IMG/VR virus record: IMGVR_UViG_3300032373_000075
Coordinates: 1-33,120 of that record
Strand: one strand, 5' to 3'
DNA from: a virus
Lineage: Duplodnaviria > Caudoviricetes
Length of the DNA: 33,120 bases
The translations under genes were made by a program, and so were the position numbers. The notes under the pieces were generated by a model. The model had not been told where the DNA came from. It saw only the letters and a program-made list of their open reading frames with translations, and did not search any database. Shown piece after piece: positions 15,733 through 26,700 of this stretch (the first letter of the stretch is position 1; each line of letters opens with the position of its first letter).

Positions 15733-18051
15733 ATGCCACAAACTATTCAACGTAGTTTTACGTCCGGTGAAATTGCACCAGCGTTACAGTCTCGTGCTGA
15801 CCTAACCAAGTACCTTACAGGATTGAAACGTTGTGAGAACTTCTTTGTGCGAGCGCAAGGTGGGGTTTATTCACGACCAGGGTATCGTTTCGTCGGTGAG
15901 CTTGATGATTCATTAAAAGTGGGTCGACTCATCCCTTTCAGTTTTAACACTGAACAAACTTATATGCTTGTTTTTGAACATCTGAAAGTGAGGGTCGTTA
16001 AAAATGGAGGGTTGGTTTTAGTCGGTGCTGGTCCTGCCATATTTGAACTAGTTACTCCTTACACTGAAGCTCAGTTATCACGTTTAGTTTTCACTCAGAA
16101 CGCTGATGTTATGACCATAGCTCATCCTGATCATGACCCCATAAACCTTAATCGACTAGCAGATGATAACTGGACATTAACAACTATAAACTATGCGCCA
16201 ACTGTCACAGCACCAGTGTTTGCATCACCAGTTGTTAAGACAATAACGGGTATGACTAATGCTAACCCATGTGTGTTGACAGTTGTTGCACATAGTTTTG
16301 TGACTGGGAACACTATAACCGTTGATAACATTGCAGCTCCAACTCAGTTAAATGGTCGGTCATTCAAAATAACAGTGTTAACAAATGATACTTTTGAATT
16401 GGATGGTGAAGACTCGTTATTGTATGCAGCATATACGTCTGGTGGGGATGCAACTCGTCAAAATAGTGCTACTACGGTGGGGACTGGTTTCGGTGATTTC
16501 GAAAAAACATACACTTATGTCGTCACCACGGTTGATGCAAATGGTATTGAATCAGTCGCATCTTCTGAAGTGTCAGTGACTACAGAGTCATTGTCTGTTA
16601 CTGGTGGTGTGAGACTAAGTTGGAATGCTGTTACAGGGGCTTCTTATTATAGAGTATACAAAGATCCTTCAACCAACACACAGATCTATGGGTGGATTGG
16701 TGACTCGAAAAATAATTTGTTCGACGATTTTAATTTAGCACCAATTACAAGTGATGCGCCACCTGAAGACAGACAACCTTTTACTGGTGTTGATAATAAA
16801 CCGGCAGTAGTTACTTACTATCAACAAAGACAAATATTTGCGAATACCAACAATGAACCTCAAGCATCATTCACAACACAAGTGAACAATTTTAATTCAT
16901 TGCGTACATCTAATCCCACACGAGATGACGATGCTGTGACATTCACAATTGCTGCAAGTCAAGTTAATGAGATCAGACATTTGATACCGCTTGACTCGTT
17001 AGTAATACTCACATCGGGTGGAGAGTGGATCTTGACTGAAGGGCAAGACAAAGTGTTAACCCCATCAAATATTGGTGTGAGAATCCAATCGTACAATGGT
17101 GCATCAATAGTCCCACCTGTTGTAATCAATAACACTGCTTTGTATTTACAAGAAAAAGGTTCGCGTATCCGTGACCTTTCTTACGAGTTTAGCAGTGATA
17201 GATATACCGGTAACGATTTGTCATTAATGTCTGAACATCTATTTGAAGATAAACAAATTATAGCAATGGCTTATGCTGCTGAACCATACAGCATTTTGTG
17301 GTGTGTGCGAGATGACGGGGTGATGTTGGGATTGACATATCAACGTGAGCATAAAGTTTGGGGATGGCACCAGCACACGACTAACGGTACATTCGAGTCA
17401 GTTGCAACGGTGACTGAAGGTACTCGTGACGCTGTTTATGTGATTGTTAAACGAACTATTAATGGTAGTGATGTTCGATATATTGAACGATTAGAGCCTC
17501 GTGAATCCAAAATTTCTGCTGATTGTTTTTATGTAGACTCAGGTTTGTCATACGACGGGGCACCTGCAACGGTGTTTAGTGGGCTTGATCATTTAGAAGG
17601 TGAAACTGTATCTATCTTGTCGGATGGGTACACGGTACCAAATAAGGTAGTCGTCGGTGGTAGTGTCACACTTGAACGTGCTGCATCAAAAGTTCATATT
17701 GGATTGAGTTACATTCCAGTCATCGAGACTTTGGACATTGACACACCTTCTGCAACTCAGTCAATCAAGTCTCAATCTGTGTCAGTATCCAAAGTGACAA
17801 TTGAAGTCGAGGGATCGCGCGGTGGATTTGTGGGGCCATTACAAGATAATAATGGCACAGTACCAATGAAGGAAATTAAACCACGATTTGATCTTGATGG
17901 ATATGATCCTATAGAACTTAGAACTTATAAAAATGAAATATTTATAGATGCTCAATGGTCAAAAGGTGGTGGGATACGGATCGAACAACGAGTACCATTA
18001 CCTATGACTATTTTGTCAATCATTCCTCAGGTTGATGTAGGAGGCAACTAG
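15733..18051 (+). CDS. Tail nozzle (tail tubular protein B-like) with inserted FCCH-like and FN3-like segments
   Basis: 'SFTSGEIAP', 'RLIPFSF', 'YQQRQIFA', 'GWHQH', 'GLDHLEGETV'; insert 'ITGMTNANPCVLTV..H...G..I...LNGRSFKI'. Confidence 0.92.
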   Translation: MPQTIQRSFTSGEIAPALQSRADLTKYLTGLKRCENFFVRAQGGVYSRPGYRFVGELDDSLKVGRLIPFSFNTEQTYMLVFEHLKVRVVKNGGLVLVGAGPAIFELVTPYTEAQLSRLVFTQNADVMTIAHPDHDPINLNRLADDNWTLTTINYAPTVTAPVFASPVVKTITGMTNANPCVLTVVAHSFVTGNTITVDNIAAPTQLNGRSFKITVLTNDTFELDGEDSLLYAAYTSGGDATRQNSATTVGTGFGDFEKTYTYVVTTVDANGIESVASSEVSVTTESLSVTGGVRLSWNAVTGASYYRVYKDPSTNTQIYGWIGDSKNNLFDDFNLAPITSDAPPEDRQPFTGVDNKPAVVTYYQQRQIFANTNNEPQASFTTQVNNFNSLRTSNPTRDDDAVTFTIAASQVNEIRHLIPLDSLVILTSGGEWILTEGQDKVLTPSNIGVRIQSYNGASIVPPVVINNTALYLQEKGSRIRDLSYEFSSDRYTGNDLSLMSEHLFEDKQIIAMAYAAEPYSILWCVRDDGVMLGLTYQREHKVWGWHQHTTNGTFESVATVTEGTRDAVYVIVKRTINGSDVRYIERLEPRESKISADCFYVDSGLSYDGAPATVFSGLDHLEGETVSILSDGYTVPNKVVVGGSVTLERAASKVHIGLSYIPVIETLDIDTPSATQSIKSQSVSVSKVTIEVEGSRGGFVGPLQDNNGTVPMKEIKPRFDLDGYDPIELRTYKNEIFIDAQWSKGGGIRIEQRVPLPMTILSIIPQVDVGGN

Positions 18052-18518
18052 TGTCTAACATCAACTGGGTAGAGCCTACACTGTCAATGGTCACCTCAAT
18101 ATCTGAAGATATGCGTCAAGCTGATGCAGAAGAAGTGTGGGCTTCTAATCATCACACACCGTTGGAGTCATTATTGAAAGGCTGGGAGTTGTCCGACTTT
18201 GTGACAATAGCTGAACACAACAATGACCCACTAGTGATGATCGGGCTAGTTAAACGTGACATTTTAACTGGTAGCGGGGTGATATGGATGCTTGGTACTA
18301 ACAAAGCACTTGAACATCGGAGAGAATTTTTTCGTCAAACTAAACCCATCATAAATGAAATGCTGACTATATGTCCTCGTTTGTGTAACATGGTGCATAG
18401 TAAAAACATAAATAGTATTCAATGGTTGAAATGGTTAGGGTTCACAATTGACGAGCCAATAGCTCATGGTCCTGATGATGAGCTTTTCCATAGATTCCAT
18501 TTAGAGAGGACTTTCTAA
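18051..18518 (+). CDS. T7 gp13-like GNAT-fold virion-module protein
   Basis: 'MRQADAEEV', 'IWMLGT', 'LCNMVHSKN..SIQWLKWLGF'. Confidence 0.85.
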   Translation: MSNINWVEPTLSMVTSISEDMRQADAEEVWASNHHTPLESLLKGWELSDFVTIAEHNNDPLVMIGLVKRDILTGSGVIWMLGTNKALEHRREFFRQTKPIINEMLTICPRLCNMVHSKNINSIQWLKWLGFTIDEPIAHGPDDELFHRFHLERTF

Positions 18519-19072
18519 TGTGCGAACCAACAACAATTATGGCAGTGGTGTCAATAGTAGGTGCTGCATATGGCGCTCAACAACAACAGAAACAAGGTCG
18601 TTTTCAAAAAGCTACTGCTGATTATAATGCAAGAGTAAATGAAAACGAAGCTGAAGAAACCCGCAATGCTGGTGTTGAGCAAGAAAATATTCAACGCCGC
18701 AGAACTGCTGAATTATTGTCTAAGCAAAAAGCACAGTTAGGTGCAGCTAATATTGACCTCACATCTGGGTCTGCATTGCAGCTTCAACAAGATACCGTGA
18801 CTCTTGGTGAGGCTGACGCACTGAGAATACGCAGTAATTTTGAAAATAGAGCGGGGTCATTGGATACTGGTGCTACATTGTTGACAAGTCAGGGTGAGTT
18901 TGCAGAGTCTGCGGGTAGAAGTGCAGCATTTGGCACATTACTGCAAGGAACCAGTTCTGCACTTGGCACAGGTGTTGCTGATAAATGGTTCACCCCCTCT
19001 AGTGCTGCTAGTCAGATCGGGACATCATTGACAGGTGACCAAGCTAACTTGAATTATGGAGGGTTAGCGTAA
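18518..19072 (+). CDS. Internal virion (ejection) protein, small
   Basis: MCEP start, Ala/Gly/Gln-rich helical sequence; conserved position. Confidence 0.82.
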   Translation: MCEPTTIMAVVSIVGAAYGAQQQQKQGRFQKATADYNARVNENEAEETRNAGVEQENIQRRRTAELLSKQKAQLGAANIDLTSGSALQLQQDTVTLGEADALRIRSNFENRAGSLDTGATLLTSQGEFAESAGRSAAFGTLLQGTSSALGTGVADKWFTPSSAASQIGTSLTGDQANLNYGGLA

Positions 19073-20704
19073 TGCCTAAAGTAGCACAATACCAAGCTAA
19101 TCAAGTTTTAACTGACGTAGTTAAACAACCTCGCGCGAGTGCTTCAGCGGGTAACGCATTGTTTCAAGCTAATGCTCAGGCGGCTCAAGGACTTACTCAA
19201 TTAGCTCAGGCTGGTGCTCAAATCAAACAGCGTATTGATACCACATCGGCTGAAGAAGCATTGGTGTCATTTGAACGTGACAAAAATAATTTGTTCTTTG
19301 ATCCTAAAGATGGATACTTTAATACTCAAGGTAAAAATGCTTTTGACAATGCAGATGCCGCAAATCAATCTTTAGCCGATTTAAAAAAACAGTACGGTGA
19401 GTCACTAGGATCTAATGCTAAGTCAATGTTTGATAAAGCTGCTGATGTCCATATTACTCGCAGTCAAGCAGATATTTCTAAGCATTCATCCAGAGGGTTG
19501 AAGTCGTGGGAGGTTGCAACGCTTCGATCACAAGTCGAGAACACCATTGAGAATGCTTCATTGTATTGGAATCAACCAGACAGATTAGCAGTGCAAAATG
19601 CAATAGGTCGTCAAGCGGTTATTGATGCAGCGGATACTGAAGGTATTGGTGCAGAAGCAACTAACGAACGATTACAAACGTTTGACTCATCTTTTGCTAA
19701 AACTGCGATTGTGTCAGCGGTTGGGAACAGTGCTGCTGAAGGTGCTGCAATGTTAGAAAAGCATGGTGATATGTTAGAAGGTCCTGACAAAGTTAAAATT
19801 GAAAAGTCTATCGTTGCCAAAGCGCAAGCAGAAAAACTTCAATCTGATTCTCAACAAGCAATTCTCGCAGGTACACAATTAGTTGAAAGATTTGAGAGTC
19901 GTGAAGAGGTTCTTGATGAAGTTAATAAAATCAAAGATCCTGATCTCCGTAAAAAAACGATGTCTGAGTCAATGCGTCAGTTTAATCTGAAGAAACAAGC
20001 AACCAATGAAGCACAGAATGATGCATATGAACGTGCTGAGTCTCACATTGTTGAAGGTGGATCTGCTGAAACGTATCAAGCTGAAGATCCTGAAGGATGG
20101 GCTAAGCTGTCTGTGAAGCAGCAACGTAGCATAGAGTCTGGTAAAGCTGTGATTACTGACTGGAATAAATTTTCCGAGTTGATGATTTTACCAAAAGAGA
20201 AATTGAGAAAAATTAACCCAGTGGAGCACTTCCACCAATTGGCACCGGCTGAACGTACCAAATTAATCAGTGCAGTTAAAAGTGCGAATGGTACTGGTTC
20301 ATCTGCTGACAGGGTTGAACACCAGGTGGGACGTACACGAGGCTCACAGGTTACTTTAGCTATTGAGCAGATAGTTGGTAAAAAAGCGAAGTGGAATGAC
20401 GAGCGTCGAAAGCAAGCTGATTCGTTTTATGAATTGTTAGACGGTGAATTAAAAGCTAGGAAAAAAGAAAAAGGTAGCTCTTTGTCGTCAGAAGAATTCA
20501 CTAATATGTTGTCAGACTTGACTCGTGAGGTTACTATTAAGCGCACTGCATTTGGTATTGATTTTTTTTTCCCCAGATGTGGAACAAAATGTCACAGATA
20601 TATCACCAGATGACTTGAGAATATTGACTAAACATCTACGTGACAACAAGATACCTGTGACGGCTGCTAACCTGATACAAGCTAAACGACAAGCGAGTAA
20701 GTAA
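19072..20704 (+). CDS. Internal virion (ejection) protein; needs a +1 shift at the T9 tract (20562-20570) to reach the likely C-terminus (unshifted stop at 20613)
   Basis: Helical Ala/Gln/Glu-rich protein; the +1 frame PDVEQNVTDI...KRQASK* ends in a TAATG overlap with the next gene. Confidence 0.8.
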
Positions 20705-23700
20705 TGCCTTTAGACTTAGAAAAAATTGATCTTGGTAGCTTTGGGTTAAACGAAGACGAGCAACAAGTCCAGTTAAATTCTAATGTGACTGAAGCAGTCA
20801 AAATCAACCCTGACCAGCATGCACAAATCACCACCCTTGCTAAAGAGTCCGGTGTACCTGAGTTCGCAGTTCAATCGAACCCTGAACAAATCAAGCAGAA
20901 ATTAAAGTTAGATAAGATTGATCTTGATGGAATGATTAATCGATCACCAGCCACTTCTAAATTTTTATCCGGTGATGCTAATAACTCGATCATTGCTCAA
21001 GAAGACGTGATTACTGGTTTACTAGAAAGCATAGAGAAAACCTTTGACGGACTTGGTGAGTCAATAGTAATTGGTTTCGAGAAGCAAGTTACAGGTTCGA
21101 TGCTAAGAAGTAACGAAAAATCATCGAACCGACGGGATGAAATTATACCGTGGGGTACATTCCCAATATTCATAAATCAAAGTGAAGCTCAACAAATATC
21201 ACTAGACATTGCTGAAAATTTCAATGTAAAAACTGATGAAGAATATGTAGCATTGAAAAGTGAAGCCTCTGACAATTTAATCAAGCACGTACAGGCACTT
21301 GAAGCAAAGCAAAAAAAATTAACCCCTAAAGATCTGACTATCATACAGGAAGGTGTGAGGTCAGGAATTGAGTCTTTAGCTAATATGATACCTGCTGTAT
21401 TTGCTGGAATAGCAACTAAGGGTCGCACTTTACCAATGTCAATAATTGGGGTGCAATCCTACACAAGAGCATATGGTGAGTCTCGTGCCAAAGGGTTGAG
21501 TGTTGACGATGCTGATAATTTTGCAACGATTGATGCAACGATTGAAGTTGCCACTGAGTTATTACCAACCGGTACATTGCAAAAAATGCTTACCGGTAAA
21601 GGTGGGGATCTTAAAAAAGATGCTATCAAATTTTTAATACAAGAGATGGGTACTGAACAGATCGCCACCGCGCTGCAAACTGTTAACTCTTTTGCTTTTG
21701 ATTTAGACGAGCAGTTGAAAAACGCAAAAACGCTTGATGAAGTTATCGAGATCCAAGCACGTCGCCAGGCGGTCACTGCTATTGCAACAATAGTCGCTGG
21801 TGGTAGTCAGATTACTGTAGTGTCAGCGGCTAACAAAGCTATTAACAAACTGACAGAAAACGAACAGAAAAAAGAAACTCAAGGTGATGTTGAACAGCAA
21901 AGTATTGACAAGTTGAATGCTGATTCTGAAAAATCGAAACTGAGAGAACGTGACGTTGAATCATTTAAACAGTTCATCAATGAAGCTGACGGCGAGAATA
22001 ATAGCCACGTTTTCATTGATGGTGTGCAGACATCACTTTATTTGCAAGGTAAAACGCGAGAAGAAATTGACAATGACCCTGCGCTAAAAGTTTTAGATAA
22101 CGCACTTCAAGAGTCGCAAGAGTCTGGTACTGATGTGTCGGTGGATGTTGCTGACTTTGCTGGCGATGTTGCAGGGACTGAACATTTCACAGAGTTGCGA
22201 GAACATATGACAATGGGTGAAGAAAGCATTTCACCATTTCGTCAAGATCAGCACAAACAAGAAACTCGTGAATATGTGAACACTTTAATGAGTGAAGCAC
22301 AAGAAAATGTTTCGGAGTACGTCGAGGCTCAAGATATTTACACTACAGTTCGCGATCAACTGATTGACAGCGGCGCTGTGAATGCAGCTAATGCGTCAGT
22401 GATGGCTCAGATTGTACCAGCGTGGGCTACCGCTCAAGCACGTAGCAGAGGTACTACTGTTGCAGAGGTGTATCAATCAGCGGGTTTAACAATAGAAGGT
22501 CCACAGACAGGCGAGCGCACCAGACTCGAAGGTGAGCAGGTGTTGAGTCAGGAACCTGCTCAAACCGTTGACCAAATAGAATCAACGTTAATTGAAGAGT
22601 TTGAAGATTTAAAGTTATCTATTTCAGGTAGAAATGACAATGTAACTTTGAACAAGATAATAATACCTGAAGGTCAACGAAGTCAAGGTGTTGGTTCGCA
22701 GGTGATGCAACGTATTATGGATTGGGCTGACCAAAACGGCAAGACGGTTGCACTGACTCCGAGTAAAGACTTTGGTGGATCAGTTTCTCGATTGAAATCT
22801 TTTTATAAGCAATTGGGTTTTGTTGACAATAAAGGAAGTAATAAGGATTTTGAAATCAGTGAATCAATGTTACGTGAACCAGTTGCAACTGTTCCACAAC
22901 GTGGTACAATTCCTATAACGGAGGAAACCGATGAGCAAATTACAAGACGATCTGAAGAAGCTAACCAGCGGCAAGTCAGGCAAGAAACTATCGACAAAGC
23001 GAAAAGCAGAAATGACGAAGAGGCTTTGGTCGAGTTCAACAGGGCAAAAGCAGGTGAACAAGTAACATTCACTCATCGGTCATTTGATGACTTTGCCAAT
23101 TTTGACGATACGTTATTAGGTACAAACACTACTACGCCAAGCGGAAACCTTGGTCATTACTTGTCATCTGATGATATTCAGAATGCCGATCGGTATGGTA
23201 ATGAGGTGAGTGTTCACCAATTCACGTTCACCAACCCACTTGTGATATCTGCTGAAACTTTTGAAGAAGTTATGGGTGACTTGACCACTGAAGAAGTTAC
23301 TGAGCGTCGTGAAGCGTTGATGGAACTTGGTCATGATGGTGTGCTAGTTGAAGGGTTGAACTGGGCTATTGCATTCGAAGGGTCAACACTGACCAAATTA
23401 CAAGATGATGCAGGATTGTTACTGGCTCAGAAGCCAGTTGAAGCTGCTGAGTTTAAAAAATGGTCAGGCGGCGGCGAGGTGGTTGAGGCTGAAAATATTA
23501 ACGATCATAAATTCAAAGCAAATACACCTGTTGTTGTCAAAGTTTTTCATGGTACTACATTCGATTTCGATGTGTTCGACGCTTTACGCGGAAACCTTGA
23601 AGGTCAATTCGGTGCTATTAATTATTTCACCAGTTCAGAACAGGATGCCGCTGATAACTATACCGGTGAAGGTCCTGATTTAACCAACCGTATTGAACAA

Positions 23701-26700
23701 CAAGCGGAACGTATTGTTGATGACATACAAGATGTAATTGATGAAAAAGGGGTTGATGCTGCTAAAACACAGTTTGATATTACAGAAGATGAATTCAGTG
23801 AAGACACTACTGAGATCGCACGTAATTTGGCTAGACGTACTTTAGCTGGTGGTCAAGACCAAACGATGGAATTATTTGTCCGTGTTGATAATCCTTTTGT
23901 AATTGGTGAAAATGCTGAATGGGTTGAATTTGTTGACAATGATGAAATACATTCATTAGCTATTGATCGTGTTTCAGAAGACCAAGACATTACTGTTGAA
24001 GAAGTTAATGAGAATATTGATGATTATCAAGACCAAATTGATGAAGCACGTTGGGACATCGAACAAGAACAAGAACATCCGTTAGCTGATGCTATTCAAA
24101 CAGTAGCTAATCGTCATGACGTTGATGCTTCGTCATTGGCTTCTGAAGTGTATGACCTTGGTGAAAATGCAACGCCTGAAACAATTGAACAATTAATCCG
24201 TGGTAATGAAGAAATCAGTTATGCTGAAGATGCGGAAACTGGCGAATTAATTAATTCACAACTGATCACAGAAATTATTGAAGAAATGGGGTTTGACTCG
24301 ATTATACTTCGTGATGCAAATTCTCGATTTGAAACAATGGAAATGGAACCAGGCACTGCACACGTGCACGTGTTCGACAGTAATAAAACAAATATTAAAT
24401 CGGTAGATAATCAAGGTACATTTGACCCAACTGACCCTAACATATTTCGCCAAAAACCAGACACCACTGAAGCACGAGGTTACTATGACCCTGCGAACAG
24501 TGTTATCAGACTCACTGAATCTGCTGACCTTTCCACATTTCTACACGAGTTTGCTCATTTCATGTACGAGATGGAAGCGACTGGGAACACTGACCTAAAT
24601 CAAAGTATCAACAGTTGGTACAAGCGTAACTCTGAAGAAGTAGCAAAAGAAGCAGGAACTTATGCACCTAATACCACGATAATTCAGAAACATGTTAACT
24701 CGTTTCTAGATGAAGGGACGGCTGGTGACAAAGAACGTGATGTTGCAATTCGCCGTGCAGTCCATGAACAGTTTGCCCGTGGTTTCGAGTCGTATTTAAT
24801 GGAGGGTAAAGCCCCATCAATAGAGCTTCGTAATGCGTTTAGAACTTTTGCTAGATGGTTGTCTCAAATTTACCAGGCTTTGCGTGGTAAGCTTAGAGTG
24901 AATCTTGATAATGAGATGCGTGAAGTATTTGACAAACTGTTAGCAACTGAAGAACAGATCGCGGCGGCTGAGTCACGAGCACGAGTTGAACCAATGTTCA
25001 CTGATGCAGCAATGGCAGGGATGACTGAAAAAGAATTCGCAGATTATCAACAACGCCAAAGCAAAGTCAAGGATGTGCAATCTGAAACATTGCGTGACCA
25101 GTTGGTCAAACAAATCACTCGCCAAACTAAGCAACAATGGAAAGATGAGAAAGCTGATATTGTTGATGAAGAACTTGACAAATTAGCTAACGAACCAGTT
25201 TACGTTGCTAGCACCAGACTGAAAGACGGTGACATTAAACTTGACCACGCCACCGTCAAAGAAATGATGGGTGAAGAACGTACCAATAAGTTAGGACGAA
25301 CGTCTACTCATGTCCCTAGTGCCTTGCGAGGTATGACTGCTACCGGTCAAAAAGGGGTACATCCTGACGAAGCTGCTGCATTTTTTGGTTATAACTCAGG
25401 ATCAGAAATGTTGAATGAGTTGGTGACTTCGCCAAAAATCAAAGACGTTGCTGAAACAAATGCTGAGCGTCGAATGATTGAGCGTCATGGTGACATTCTT
25501 ACCGATGGAACCATTGAGCAGTTAGCAGATGAAGCAGTGCAAAATGAAGAACGTGGAAGGTTAATATTGCATGAATTGAAAATGGTTTCACGTAATACCA
25601 ATCAAAAGGTACTGGACCGTCAAACAGTTAAGTCACTCGCTGAAGAACGTATTAGTCAATTGTCATTTCGTGCAATTCACCCGGGCAAGTATCGAAAAGC
25701 TGAAATTAGTGCAGCGCAAGAGTCAGCTAAAATGTTAGCGGAAGGTAACCGTGAAGGTTCTGCACAAGCCAAAGCACGACAAGCACTAAATTATTATTTA
25801 GGCATGGCTGCAACTAACGCGAAAAATGAGACTACAAAAATTGTTGATCGTATGTCTCGATACAATAAAAAGAAAGTCCGAGAAGAAATTCAAAAAGCAG
25901 AGGGTGGTTATTGGAACCAGATCACAAAAATACTGGAACGGTTCGATTTTAGAAAATCAGCGACATTGACAGCGGTTGACCAAGTTAATCAGGATATTAA
26001 CACATGGGCTAAAGAACGTATGGAACTGGATGGTGACGGTCTAGTGCTTCATACTGCTGTGTTAAACGAGTCGTATATTACTCACTGGAAAAATGTAGCA
26101 TTCAGCGATCTTCAAGGTATCAACGACTCAGTGAAAAACATTGAGCATGTTGCTAGGTACGCCAATAAATTAACGCGTATGGGCGAAGAGATCGAGTTTA
26201 ACAAACTAGTTAGCAACCTTGTCAATGTGGCAGAGGAAACTGGTACTGGTAGATTCAAACGTAAAGCAAGTACAGCAGATGCTGTTTCATGGGCTGAACA
26301 AAAAGGTCGATGGGCGATGGCTCAAATGACTAAAATACCATTCATGATGTCGTGGATGGATGGAGGTAAAAGAGTTGGTACATGGTTCAATACGTTCTCA
26401 CAACCAATGACAGATGCCTACAATGATGAGTTAAAGCTTTATGGTGAAATCGGTGTACCTGTTGCTAAAATGATAACTGGTCGTACTAAAGAGCAGATCA
26501 AACGACACAATACTACTTTCTTCATTCCAGAAATAAAAGACACTGCTGATGGTACTCACTCAGGTAATTTAAAAGGACATGAAATAGTTGCCATTGCACT
26601 GAATACTGGTAACAAATCAAATTTGAGAAAATTATTACTGGGTGAGCAATGGGCTAACCCTGACAACGATGTCGAAATTGATCTTCAGAACTCAAAATTA

